Positions 1 to 10,100 of a stretch of DNA of 64,000 bases are shown one piece after another. Origin of the DNA: Podarcis filfolensis. Taxonomy: Eukaryota. A program made the translations under genes and the position numbers. Positions within the stretch are counted from its first letter, which is position 1, and each line of letters begins with the position of its first letter. The notes beneath the pieces were generated by a model. That model was given only the letters and a program-made list of their open reading frames with translations, was not told the origin of the DNA and made no database searches. The stretch lies in the NCBI GenBank assembly GCA_964270895.1, contig OZ185438.1; one strand, 5' to 3'.

Positions 1-66
1 GCGCCGCAACCCCAGAGTCGTCCGTGACTGGACCTAACGGTCAGGGGCCACTTTACCTTTACCTTT
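1..66 (+). mobile_element. 3' end of a Sauria-type SINE (Bov-B-related 3' part) with (ACCTTT)n tail
   Basis: ccccagagtcg...gactggacctaacggtcagggg...ctttacctttaccttt resembles the Sauria SINE 3' end as recalled; truncated by the window start. Confidence 0.75.
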
Positions 67-523
67 TATTGGTTATATCCTCCCTTTATTTCCCCAGCAA
101 AGGTTTTAGTATTAACTGTTTGTGGTAGTGTGGTTATTTACCAGCAGCAAGATGTTACAAATCAGTAAAGAGTAATCTCTGACTACTCAACCCTTACTCA
201 GAAGAACTAGGTAAGGACGAGACGAGGCACTTTTCAAACAAAGCAGGAATTTAATTTGTTTACCCTGAAGAAGTCATTACTTAGTGATTACTTTTGCAAG
301 GCAAAATACTTTGTTACAAAGAGACACTTTATTAACTGTCTTACCGCTTTCAAACTGTCACTGGACAGAGAGATTCTTTTTAGGATGTTTATTCTTTTAC
401 CCTAGCCATAAAATACTTCCAAACCCTCTAACTTTCCCTCAGATAGATAGATAAACCCTTGTTCAGTCACAGGTTAGACCTAACACTAACTGAAAGCCAT
501 TTAGCAATCTGTTCCCTCTAACA

Positions 524-922
524 CAGGGGTAGGCAACCTAAGGCCCGGGGGCCGGATGCGGCCCAATAACCTTCTCAATCCAGCCCACAGACGGTCCGGG
601 AATAAGCGTGTTTTTACATGAGTAGAATGTGTCCTTTTATTTTAAATGCATCTCTGTGTTATTTGTGGGACCTGCCCGGTGTCTTTACATGAGTAGAATG
701 TGTCCTTTTATTTTAAATGCATCTCTGTGTTATTTGTGGGACCTGCCCGGTGTCTTTACATGAGTAGAATGTGTTCTTTTATTTAAAATGCATCTCTGGG
801 TTATTTGTGGGCCATAGGAATTCGTTCATTCCCCCCCCCCCCGCAAAAATAATAATCTGGCCCACCACATGGTCTGAGGGACGGTGGACCGTCCCCCTGC
901 TGAAAAAGGTTGCTGACCCCTG
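524..922. mobile_element. hAT-superfamily non-autonomous element with an internal 71-bp tandem array
   Basis: TIRs CAGGGGTAGGCAACCT / AGGTTGCTGACCCCTG (14/16 match); perfect 8-bp TSD CTCTAACA at 516-523 and 923-930; about 2.8 copies of a 71-bp unit at ~613-811. Confidence 0.92.
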
Positions 923-3900
923 CTCTAACATGTAGCCCCTCTTTGAGCCTATTCATATAGCCAGAGAACCCTTCTCTCCAGATAGACAGAAAGTCCCTAA
1001 TTCTAAAATCCAGATCCCTGCCTACCCCACAGACAACCCCTGCCTGTGCTCTCTCAGACGTCCCTATCTGTTGACTGTCAGCCTCTAACTTAAATTCCAT
1101 TCTCTCTCTGTCTCTCCTAATTCAGTGATCCACTTGCCAGCTCCCACTGGTGGGTCACAAAGAGGCAGACCCAAAGCTTGTATGTCACACTAGGCTATAG
1201 TACCTCAAAGTGGCTCTCCATGTAAGTCTGGACTGCTACAGACCCAAAATATATTTCATTACACACCACATTTTCCAAGAAAGAAGTTATAGGAACACAG
1301 TGTGTAATACAGTGTGGAGGTATTTTAAAGAGACACAGTGCGTATGGAAGGACATCACTGGAGGCTTATTGGAAATTTGTAATGATTGCATTTATTTTAC
1401 AAATATACAGGGGGAACACAGGCAGAAACACCCTGCCACATCAGATATCTAGGAAGAAAGGCAACCAGCATTCTAAGATAGATTTACAGAGCCCAAACTG
1501 AGCTTTGTGTGTCCCTGTCTTTCTCTTCTTTCCTCAAACTGTTTTGCATTGTGGTCTGGTTAGGACTATCAATATCCCAAAATGCCATAAGTACTGTACT
1601 TATATGAGAAGGAGAGAACCAAGTTATCAATGTCAAAAGGAGTGGTGGATGCCAAGTATGCCAGGAGTCACTAAGTGTTGCCTTTCACTGAAATTATGTT
1701 TCCTTCCAGTATTGAAAATAAAATGTGGGAGTTTCCATAGTAACTTGCTGCTCATGAATAGGCATTAAATGAATCAGGAACTTGAGCCCACATTGCATGT
1801 GTTTGAATTAGAAACCTAAATAGAAATTCGTAGGTTGAGGTAAACACTGATGACCTATAGGCTGGAGGAACATTAGAGCATTTTCAGTAGACCGGTCCTC
1901 TGAACCATCGTTATGCGGATTAGGCATGACCCAACTTCCATTCTTCAGCAATATAGCTCTGGAAGTGTGTTTTGCCATATGGACTAAGCTGTTATGCACT
2001 GACAGACATTATAATACTCTGCACAACTCAACAACAATAACTTCACTGAATCAGGTATATTTATTGTTTTCTTAGAATTATGGGAAAGAGAACCATTGGT
2101 AGGTCACATTCTAACACAGGAACAATACTCTTACAAACCAAAATGCTTAACCAATACTTGATAATTCCTTAACCCTGTTTATTTATTACAGTAATTTATG
2201 CTATACCTTCCAGGACACCAAGGCAGCTTACATTTAAATGAGTACATATTGAAATAAACATGCTCACAAGCAGTAACATATGGGAAATCATAAGAATCTT
2301 CCCCACTGGATCTGCCTAGCATGCAAAGTCTCCAATCTGCTCCCCAGGAAGTTGCATGTACTGCCTGCTGCTGTGTCTCAATGTAGAGATGTGAAAGTTT
2401 CTCATAATTATCTGCTGAATAGAGTGTATTTTGGTTCCAGTCTGTCTGGGATGTGCGGATAAAATAACTAACAAATATTTCCCTTAGTGGGCTAGATGAT
2501 TCCCTTTTTAATGCCTGTCATCTGATAGTCTTTAGGTTCCTCTTTTTGTTAGTCAGACTGTCCCTGCTTATTGCCTAATGGGTATCAAGGGCAAAACAAG
2601 AGGGGAATCAGAATAGATTCTAAATCCTAATAAATAAACTAGGATATATGTCTTAATTTTACCATATTGCTGAAATATGAAAGGGGTCACAGTGTAATTG
2701 TGAACAAAAGGATGGGGTCAATGAAACAGGAATGTGTGCAGGAAGACCTATAGTTCAAAAAGATGCTGTAAAGAAAATGTTTTGGACCAGTCATTTGCCT
2801 TTCTGCAGTGCTCAGCAAAACACAGGCAATGCAGTGTCTGGATTGTGTGCATGCTTCTGTAGAAGTACAGAATAAGCACAGAATGTGGTAAAGGGTTAGC
2901 CAGCTCAGCTTCCTGATAATCTAAGCTTCCACTTAAAACATACAGACACACAATCAAGTTTCTAGCCTTTACACTGTGAAGATAATATGGTTAACAACAT
3001 GTGGGTAATGCCTCCTGAGATTTCAAAAGCTGTCCAGGTAGTCAGGGACAGGACTGCACTGAACTACACATTGTTTTCTCCTCCAAGTAGCTTGTAAAAT
3101 TGGAATGAATGGTGCACAACAGTAACACTGCAAAATAAAGATATAGGCTGCATAATTAAAGTTTTTCCTTATTTCCATTGGTACAGTATAATTAGTTTGC
3201 TAAACATATGTTTTCCTTAAGGAAATCAGAAAAAAACCAAGACACCCATAGTTCAGTATAAAGTATTTCAGCAACCAATGGAGACATAATAAAAAATATT
3301 TCAAACAAAAGATCTTACCAAATTGTGTGTCTACCAATATTCTGTAATGACTTACACAAATATTTCTAGGTATTCAATAGTTATTCCTATTAAGTATGCA
3401 CTCATTTTGATTAATATGATTTTTATGTTAATAAACATTTAAGTAACTTGTTATTACACTGTACATTCTTTAAATCAGAATATTAGATTTACAAATTATG
3501 ATTGTTTTAATTAGTTACTGGTGATCGGTCTTGACAGCTTGCACTCATCATTGTCCCTTTTTCTTCATTTAATTCATTTTCTTCATTTATTTCATGTTTA
3601 CTTTACTTCAAACTTTATGTTCCAGTATTATACAATGCAGACTTGTGTCTCCATCTATTAATATAGCTTACTGCTAGGTCATATTAAGACAGTTTGCCAG
3701 ATCTATTAATAATAAGACAAAATATTGTCCTAGCTTTTTGAGCTTTTTAAATTGATTAATAATTAATATGAGAACGCTTGGTAATTACATAACACTTCAT
3801 TTGCAGTACTCAGTTGCTTCAGAAACATTTTATCAGTTAAATGGTTCCAACAACTTTGGAAGTTTTTTTACAGATAGGAAGGGTGTGTGTGAAAAATATT

Positions 3901-4065
3901 GGCTTGCCTGTGATATCCAGTGAGGCCAGAGCAAAGCCCAGATCAGAACTTGATATGCAGTTGTTAAAGCCATAGTGTCTGTCAGGATAAATTAACCATT
4001 CATCCTGCAGTGGCACTGAGATGCCACTGTCCTTGATATTAATTCTTATAGCTGGGATTATTGAA

Positions 4066-4091
4066 ACACACACACACACATTTCAAGGAGC

Positions 4092-4143
<52 letters not shown>
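4066..4143. repeat. Compound (AC)n/(AT)n/(AC)n microsatellite
   Basis: Read directly. Confidence 0.95.
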
Positions 4144-4147
<4 letters not shown>

Positions 4148-4429
4148 AATGTGAATGTTTCATTAGTAACATGGTTTTTATAAATGATAATCAGAAACCT
4201 GTGTTGTAGGGTGTGCGCGCCTTTCCTTTCCTTTCTATGCAGACATTGTGGAAGTGGGAGTTAATTGGTATATTTCTATACAGTTTTGATGGATACAGCA
4301 GTGCCTGCTCACTGCCCATGCTGAAGTGCACTGAAGCCACTGGTGCAGTGTCCTTGGGCTCAGTGGCTCACTTGAGGACTTCTGGTGTCCACAAAGCCTC
4401 CTCCACTGCAAATTAGCGGGCAGAAAGAA

Positions 4430-5032
4430 AACAAATGGATGTTTATGAAAGGGAAGTATTTAAGTGATAGAGTTGTTTTCTAGAGAGGAGTTTTGGAATA
4501 TTGAGAAAGATTTAGAGGGAACTGGAAAATCTTTAAAGAATACCTGGAAAACTATTGTAATAATAAACATCTCTTGGCAGAACTAGAATGATCCTTGTAA
4601 GATAAGAAACATAATGTTTTTGATAGCCGATAAAAATAAAGAAAGTAATACAGTAATTTGGAACTGTGTGTGAAAGAACAATAGAAATAATAATACAATG
4701 AGTCTAATTGGAAGTTAAATGTATTTATTATCCTTTTTCTTTTTTTCTTTATTAATTTCTTTATTCTCCCCCCTTTTTTCTTTTTCTTCCTTTTTTCCTC
4801 TTTTAAAATTTTCTCTCTTCTCACTGTCTTCTTTTAGTCTCCTTTTTTCTGATCAGCTAAGAAAAAGATAAAGTTAAATAAGAAAAGTTGACTAACCAGA
4901 AGTGATGTTTTGTAGTTTGTTAACTATTGTTAAAGATGGTCAACTGCAATGAATTGATGTACTGTATTAGTTATTGTTGATTTATTATTATTGTCGAATC
5001 TTAAATAAAATTTATTTCCTTAAAAAAATAAA
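4430..5032 (+). mobile_element. Probable L1 LINE 3' end (ORF2 C-terminus, AT-rich 3' UTR, AATAAA and A-tail)
   Basis: Frame at 4505-4591 reads ERFRGNWKIFKEYLENYCNNKHLLAELE*, resembling L1 ORF2 ends; AATAAA at 5004-5009 then an A-run. Left boundary approximate. Confidence 0.4.
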
Positions 5033-5167
5033 GAAAGTGACTAGCTGCACTTGTCTGGAACAATAACAGAAGAGACCATCTACATCTGGGGAAACTCTGA
5101 AGCTATTCCATTGAGTTACAGAGGAAGAAAAGGTCAGATTTCTCTGAGCTCTGACAAAAATGGAAGA

Positions 5168-5168
<1 letters not shown>

Positions 5169-5213
<45 letters not shown>

Positions 5214-5509
5214 TTATTTATACCCCGCCCATCTGGCTGGGCTTCCCCAGCCACTCTGGGTGGCTTCCAACAAAACACTAAAATACAATAACCTATTAAA
5301 CATAAAAGCTTCCCTAAACAGGGCTGCCTTCAGATGTCTTCTAAAAGTTTGGTACTTATTTTTCTCTTTGACATCTGGTGGGAGGGCGTTCCACAGGGCG
5401 GGTGCCACTACCGAGAAGGCTCTCTGCCTGGTTCCCTGTAACTTGGCTTCTCGCAGCAAGGGAACCGCCAGAAGGCCCTTGGTGCTGGACCTCAATGTCC
5501 AGGCAGAAA
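5169..5509 (-). mobile_element. L2 LINE 3' end, 5'-truncated, with (TTA)n tail
   Basis: Minus frame TLRSSTKGLLAVP...RQRAFSVVAPALWNALP...FRRHLKAALFREAF is a typical L2 ORF2 C-terminus; (AAT)n at 5169-5213; closely similar to copies at 13161, 37231 and 57664. Confidence 0.9.
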
Positions 5510-5758
5510 CTGGACTCAAGAGGAAGGGGTAAAATTAGAGAAGACGTTTAGTTCAAGACTTTGTGTGGATGCCCTGTACAAAGTTAGTGAAGAAAGTGTG
5601 GCTCTTCCACAGTCAGTGCCAAGAGTAACAGTAGCCCTAGGAAGCAAGCTGCTACCGATGTCTATCTTCACACTACCTCTTTTCAGAGACGCTGAGTATG
5701 TCAAATATGCCATAAAATTCCTTCCAGAGTTAGGAGTATGCATTGTGTCATGATGATG

Positions 5759-5941
5759 GACTTCGTGGGATTTCGCTTGACCCCCAAAGGGATGGAGATT
5801 GATCTTGCCAAGGTCAGCAGTGTGACGTCTTGGCAGGCACCAAAGACTAAGAAGGATTTGCAGAGGTTCTTGGAGTTTGCAAACTATTACTGGAAGTTCC
5901 TGCCTGCCTACTCAACAGTAACAGCTCCCCTCACTGACTGC
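5759..5941 (+). mobile_element. Ty3/Gypsy LTR-retrotransposon pol fragment (end of RT/connection domain)
   Basis: DFVGFRLTPKGMEIDLAKVSSVTSWQAPKTKKDLQRFLEFANYYWKFLPAYSTVTAPLT matches the Gypsy FLG..I...G...DP.KV..I..W..P...K.LQRFLGFANYY motif. Confidence 0.85.
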
Positions 5942-6662
5942 TTCATGGAAGCAGGACCTACTGGAGATAAGTTGCTATGTTCACTAGGCCTGACACTCTG
6001 TTTAGTCTGTGCAGATGTTTTTGCTAATAAAGAATTACGTAACTCTAACTGGTATAATGTGATTTACTGCTGGAATGCTCCTGACACATTTGCTTATAAT
6101 ATTTTTACCTGGTGTTTGTGTGTCTTTATCAGGAGGCGAAAAAGTGGGACCTGCAACAAAACGTTGCATTGCCGAGTATTTGAACCCCTAACTCTCCTCC
6201 AAGGCATAAATGGAACAACATTAAAAGGAAACCTCTTTATGACAGCAACTGTCCTGCTTTAAAGGAACTTTAAACGTTGGTGAATATACGAGTTACCAAA
6301 TTATATTGTTTGCTAGCTGTAAGTTGTGGCACGATGCTGCCTTTCCCCATACTTATATACACTTCCTTATTTTCTATATAGGTAAATACTCCCAACATTA
6401 TTTGGTTGACTGTACGGGATGCCAGACCCCAAACTTAGTGAAAGCAGCCTGTTAAACTCTGCTCGCAGTTTCATAGGACTTAATGGGGGAAACTGATAAT
6501 TTTTCAACTAGTATTAAATGATGAATGCAGCGATATGGGCCATGAACAGAACCAAGAGGGCTTCCGCATGTCAGGCTACGGAAATGTGCACAGATGTGAG
6601 TGGAGTGGCGTGGAGCAAGTCCTTAAAAACCCCCAGTAAGGACAAGATCCACGGTGACGCCT

Positions 6663-6684
6663 TACTACTACTACTACTACTACT
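6663..6684. repeat. (TAC)n microsatellite at the edge of the MPZL1 promoter
   Basis: About 7 units read directly. Confidence 0.9.
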
Positions 6685-7057
6685 GAGCCGGCGTCACCAC
6701 AACCTTTCTGTCGAAAACAGGCCATGGCAAAGCTACCGCTCTGCAATTGCCCAGCCCTCACAATAAAGCCCCAAGGTAGCCTCCAGTCACGTGACAGGCG
6801 CCCAAAGTGGGAGGGCAGCTTCTCTTCCCAATGGCCCTCCCGTGGCTGAGTGAAATCCCGAGCTCCCAATCGCCCTGCGACGTGAGAAGTGAAGGGCAGA
6901 GCCTGGCCAGAAGGAAGACGCTGGATTCAGGAGGTGTGCGTGATTGACAGCGCTCCGGCTCAATACCGGCGTGGAGGTTCCCTTCGGCTCTCCCACTCCT
7001 CTTCCAACCATGGGCGGGGGTGGAACAATGAGAGGAAAAGGAGGTGGAGGCAGGAAA

Positions 7058-7190
7058 ATGGCAGCGGCGACCGTGGCGGTGGCGGCGTTAACGGCGCCAG
7101 GAGGAGGCGGCGGCTGCAGTCCGAGGCAAGGCGCTGCTCCGCTCGCCGCCTGGCTCAGCTCGTTGCTGCTGGCGACGGCTCTCGGCTTGT
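7058..7190 (+). CDS. MPZL1: MPZL1 coding exon 1 (signal peptide MAAATVAVAALTAPGGGGGCSPRQGAAPLAAWLSSLLLATALGL)
   Basis: ATG in aaaATGg context within a CpG island; donor TTGT|GTGAGT at 7190/7191; phase 1 fits exon 2. Two further in-frame ATGs lie upstream (7010, 7028), so the start is slightly uncertain. Confidence 0.88.
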
Positions 7191-10100
7191 GTGAGTGGGT
7201 TTCCCGTGTCGGGGTCGGCGCGCCTGAAAGGGAAGGAGGGGAGCCAAGGAGGGAGAAAGCAGGGCGGGAGAAAAGCCTTTCCTCTTCGCTGAGCCCCGCC
7301 GTCTCCGCCAGAACTCGGGCGGCGGGGGAAGCGGAGCGCGCGCGGGAGGCGAGTCGTCTGGGGCGTGTGAACGCGACGCTGCGGCGGAGCGGAGCGCTGT
7401 TTCCTCGGTGCTGTTGGGTGTCGGCGGGGGATTCCAGGTCTCCCTGAGCCCCCCTCGCAGCCCCTCCCTGGTCTCTCTCCGGTAAAAGGAAGAATGGGTG
7501 GGGGTGAGCTAACGTACGTGTCATGATGGTGGCGGGTGTACGTGTGAATCGCTTTGCAGAAGAGCCCAGGGCGGAACAGAGACCAAGGAAGAGCAGGTGA
7601 CCTCTCTCTCTCCCTCTGCCACTCCGCCCTTTGGGTCTTTAGGTTGAGCTCTGCACAGATAATAATAAGGGTAAGTGCTGAGCCAGGCAAGAGGGGAAAT
7701 TGCTGCGTCCATGAATCAATCTCTTTCCTTTCTGCTGGTACCGGATAAAGCGCCCAAGACCTCGTATGTCTAGGATTGGTGTTGCCATTGTTTGGCTTTG
7801 AGTTTCCTGCCTTCATTTGTAGCGCCGCTTTCTTAAAGCAGTGTACAGTTCTTACTAGTCGTAAAGCAATGGATGCGATGAGGTAGTCTGGTCACGGGAA
7901 CAGTCCCGCAAACAGGTATGGCGATATACTGCTTCACTGCACATGCTCAAGAGTTAGCCTGGGTCAGTTCAAGTCAAATGTGTGTTAACGCAGAGTCAGT
8001 AATGAAAATCTATCCTAGGAGTTGTTGCACACAGTTTTTACACGTGCCTTTCAGAGAAATTGGCTTTCCACAACCTGGTCAAACTGACTTAGATCTGCCT
8101 GAGGGTGATCAGCTTACAGATTCCTTCTGAGGCACCAACATAATTATTAAACACAGTTTCCCATACTTCCGTTTCCTTTTCTTGGGTAAATTGACTCATC
8201 TCACAAATGTACAATGTTGCCTTGGCCATTTCTCTGTTACGCTCTTTGAATATAAAATGTACTAGTATGCAAAATGGCTACTGGCTAGCTATATTAAGTA
8301 ATGTCCTGTTATTCTGCAGCAATGAAATCAATCCATCTGTAAGCTGGGCAGGGTTTTTTCTCCTATGAACTAGCAGTGCTTTATTTTGTGAAAGGATAGT
8401 GGTTTGGACCTATGGAATATTATCTGTTTGAAACTCCCTTTTGTTCCTTATTGCTGAGCTATGTTAGAATGATGTTTTTTGTTTTAATCCCCAAGTAGCT
8501 GTTCTCTGGGCATTTCAGTTGCTTCCAGAAGTAACATATTAAATAGAATCAACATAAGCACTTTTTCATGTGCTGCTTAATACATGAGGTAATGAATAAC
8601 CTGGCTTAAATCAGTGTTAGGAACTCTGATATATAAGCTAGGTGCCAAATGGCTCCTTAAACCAAAGTTAGTCACCAAAATGGAATGTTTAGTTGCCATT
8701 TTGGGGCAAGACAGCTCTGAAGTCTTATTTATCAGACGATGCACGGATTGTGATTCTCAGTTAAGCATCTGGCTAGTTCAGATAACAACCTTGAGCTTTG
8801 ATAACTCAAGAAAGAAACGTCATTTGATCCAGGGACAGTCCACACATATATTGGTCTTTTTGAATCTCTCACTTAATGGCGATTGCCCCTGCTCAGACTG
8901 CACAGAAGAAGCATTTTGGTTCCAGAAATTCATTCTGATTGTGCTGATAAAACATAACTGATAGAATTCTACAGGTTGGAGTATTAGCAAGGCCTTTTTT
9001 CAGTCAGACTGGTGGAACTCTGTTCCGGCACCTATTAGGAGGGCGCCATTGCCATTATAAGAGAAAAAAGGAGGCATTCATGGTGAGTTCCAGCATCCCT
9101 TTTTCTAGAAAAATACCACTGGGTATTAGTTCGTGAAAACAGTCCAGATCCAATGATCCCCAGGCATGCACCTGCAGATGGTAGAAGTGCCATCCTAGCA
9201 GCCAGGCATATTCACTTGGTTGCAAGTGGTTGAAAGCAAGGTGCAAAATGTGCCTGGCTAATTTCAAACACTGGTTTAAGTGTATTGGATATTAATCCAG
9301 CTGGTCACGCAAAAACAGTCCCACAAGCAGGTCTTATGAATATGCCTGTACAGTGGTACCTTGGTTCTCAAACTTAATCTGTTCCGGGAGTCCGTTTGAC
9401 TCCCAAAATGGTTCGAAAACCAAGGTGCGACTTCCAATTGGTTGCAGGAGCTTCCTGCAGTCAAGTGGAAGCTGCGTCAGACATTCGGCTTCCAAAAAAC
9501 GTTCACAAACTGGAATACTTGCTTCTGGGTTTGCAGTGTTCGGGAGCCTATTTGTTCGGGAGCCAAGCTCATTGAGAACCAAGGTACCACTGTACTAGCA
9601 AAAATATAGTGGTACCTCCGGTTGCGGACAGGATCTGTTCTGGATCTCTGGTCAGATTCCGAGGTTTCAGCAACCAGAGGGACCGCTTCTGTGCATGCAT
9701 GCATGGCGGTAGACTGCTTCTGCACATGTGCACAACGCGGTAGACTGCTGCTGCACATGCACGCGTGACAAAACCCAGAAAAATACTTCTGGGTTTGCCA
9801 CGTTCGCATCCTGAAGGATACGCAATTGGAGGTGTGCGTATCCAGAGGTACCACTGTAGTGCTGTTTTATAATAATGAAAGAGTTACTTCAAATGGAAAC
9901 AAAATATTCTTTCCAAACTTCATAGTTCCTACTAATCAAGACAGGTATTGTAAAACTTTTTAATTTGATGTAGCATTTATTTGATTAGAATTCAAAACTT
10001 TTTGCACAACTGGTTCATAGGAGAAAAAAACTGGCAGTGGTAGCACTAATGGGATTATTGGAAGTGGTAAAAGAAAACAATTTTGGTTGTGGTTTACTGA

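Larger units (their letters stand above)
6640..7560. promoter_or_regulatory. MPZL1 CpG island/promoter with palindromic E-box GTCACGTGAC (6786-6795) and two CCAAT boxes (6828-6832, 6866-6870)
   Basis: Abrupt GC/CpG enrichment against an AT-rich, CpG-poor background; motifs read directly; boundaries approximate. Confidence 0.8.

Noticed and set aside
613-811. Direct-repeat arrays (71-bp here, 108-bp at 36858) as CRISPR-like
   Set aside because: Eukaryotic DNA; head-to-tail units with no unique spacers, located inside transposons.
1000-4400. Search for the RCSD1 3' end, the upstream neighbour in human
   Set aside because: No recognisable coding exon; AT-rich sequence alone is not evidence of a UTR.
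6787-7816. Long ORFs (245, 242, 167 aa) on both strands around MPZL1 exon 1
   Set aside because: GC-rich CpG islands have few stop codons; the products are low-complexity. Only 7058-7190 has splice and homology support.
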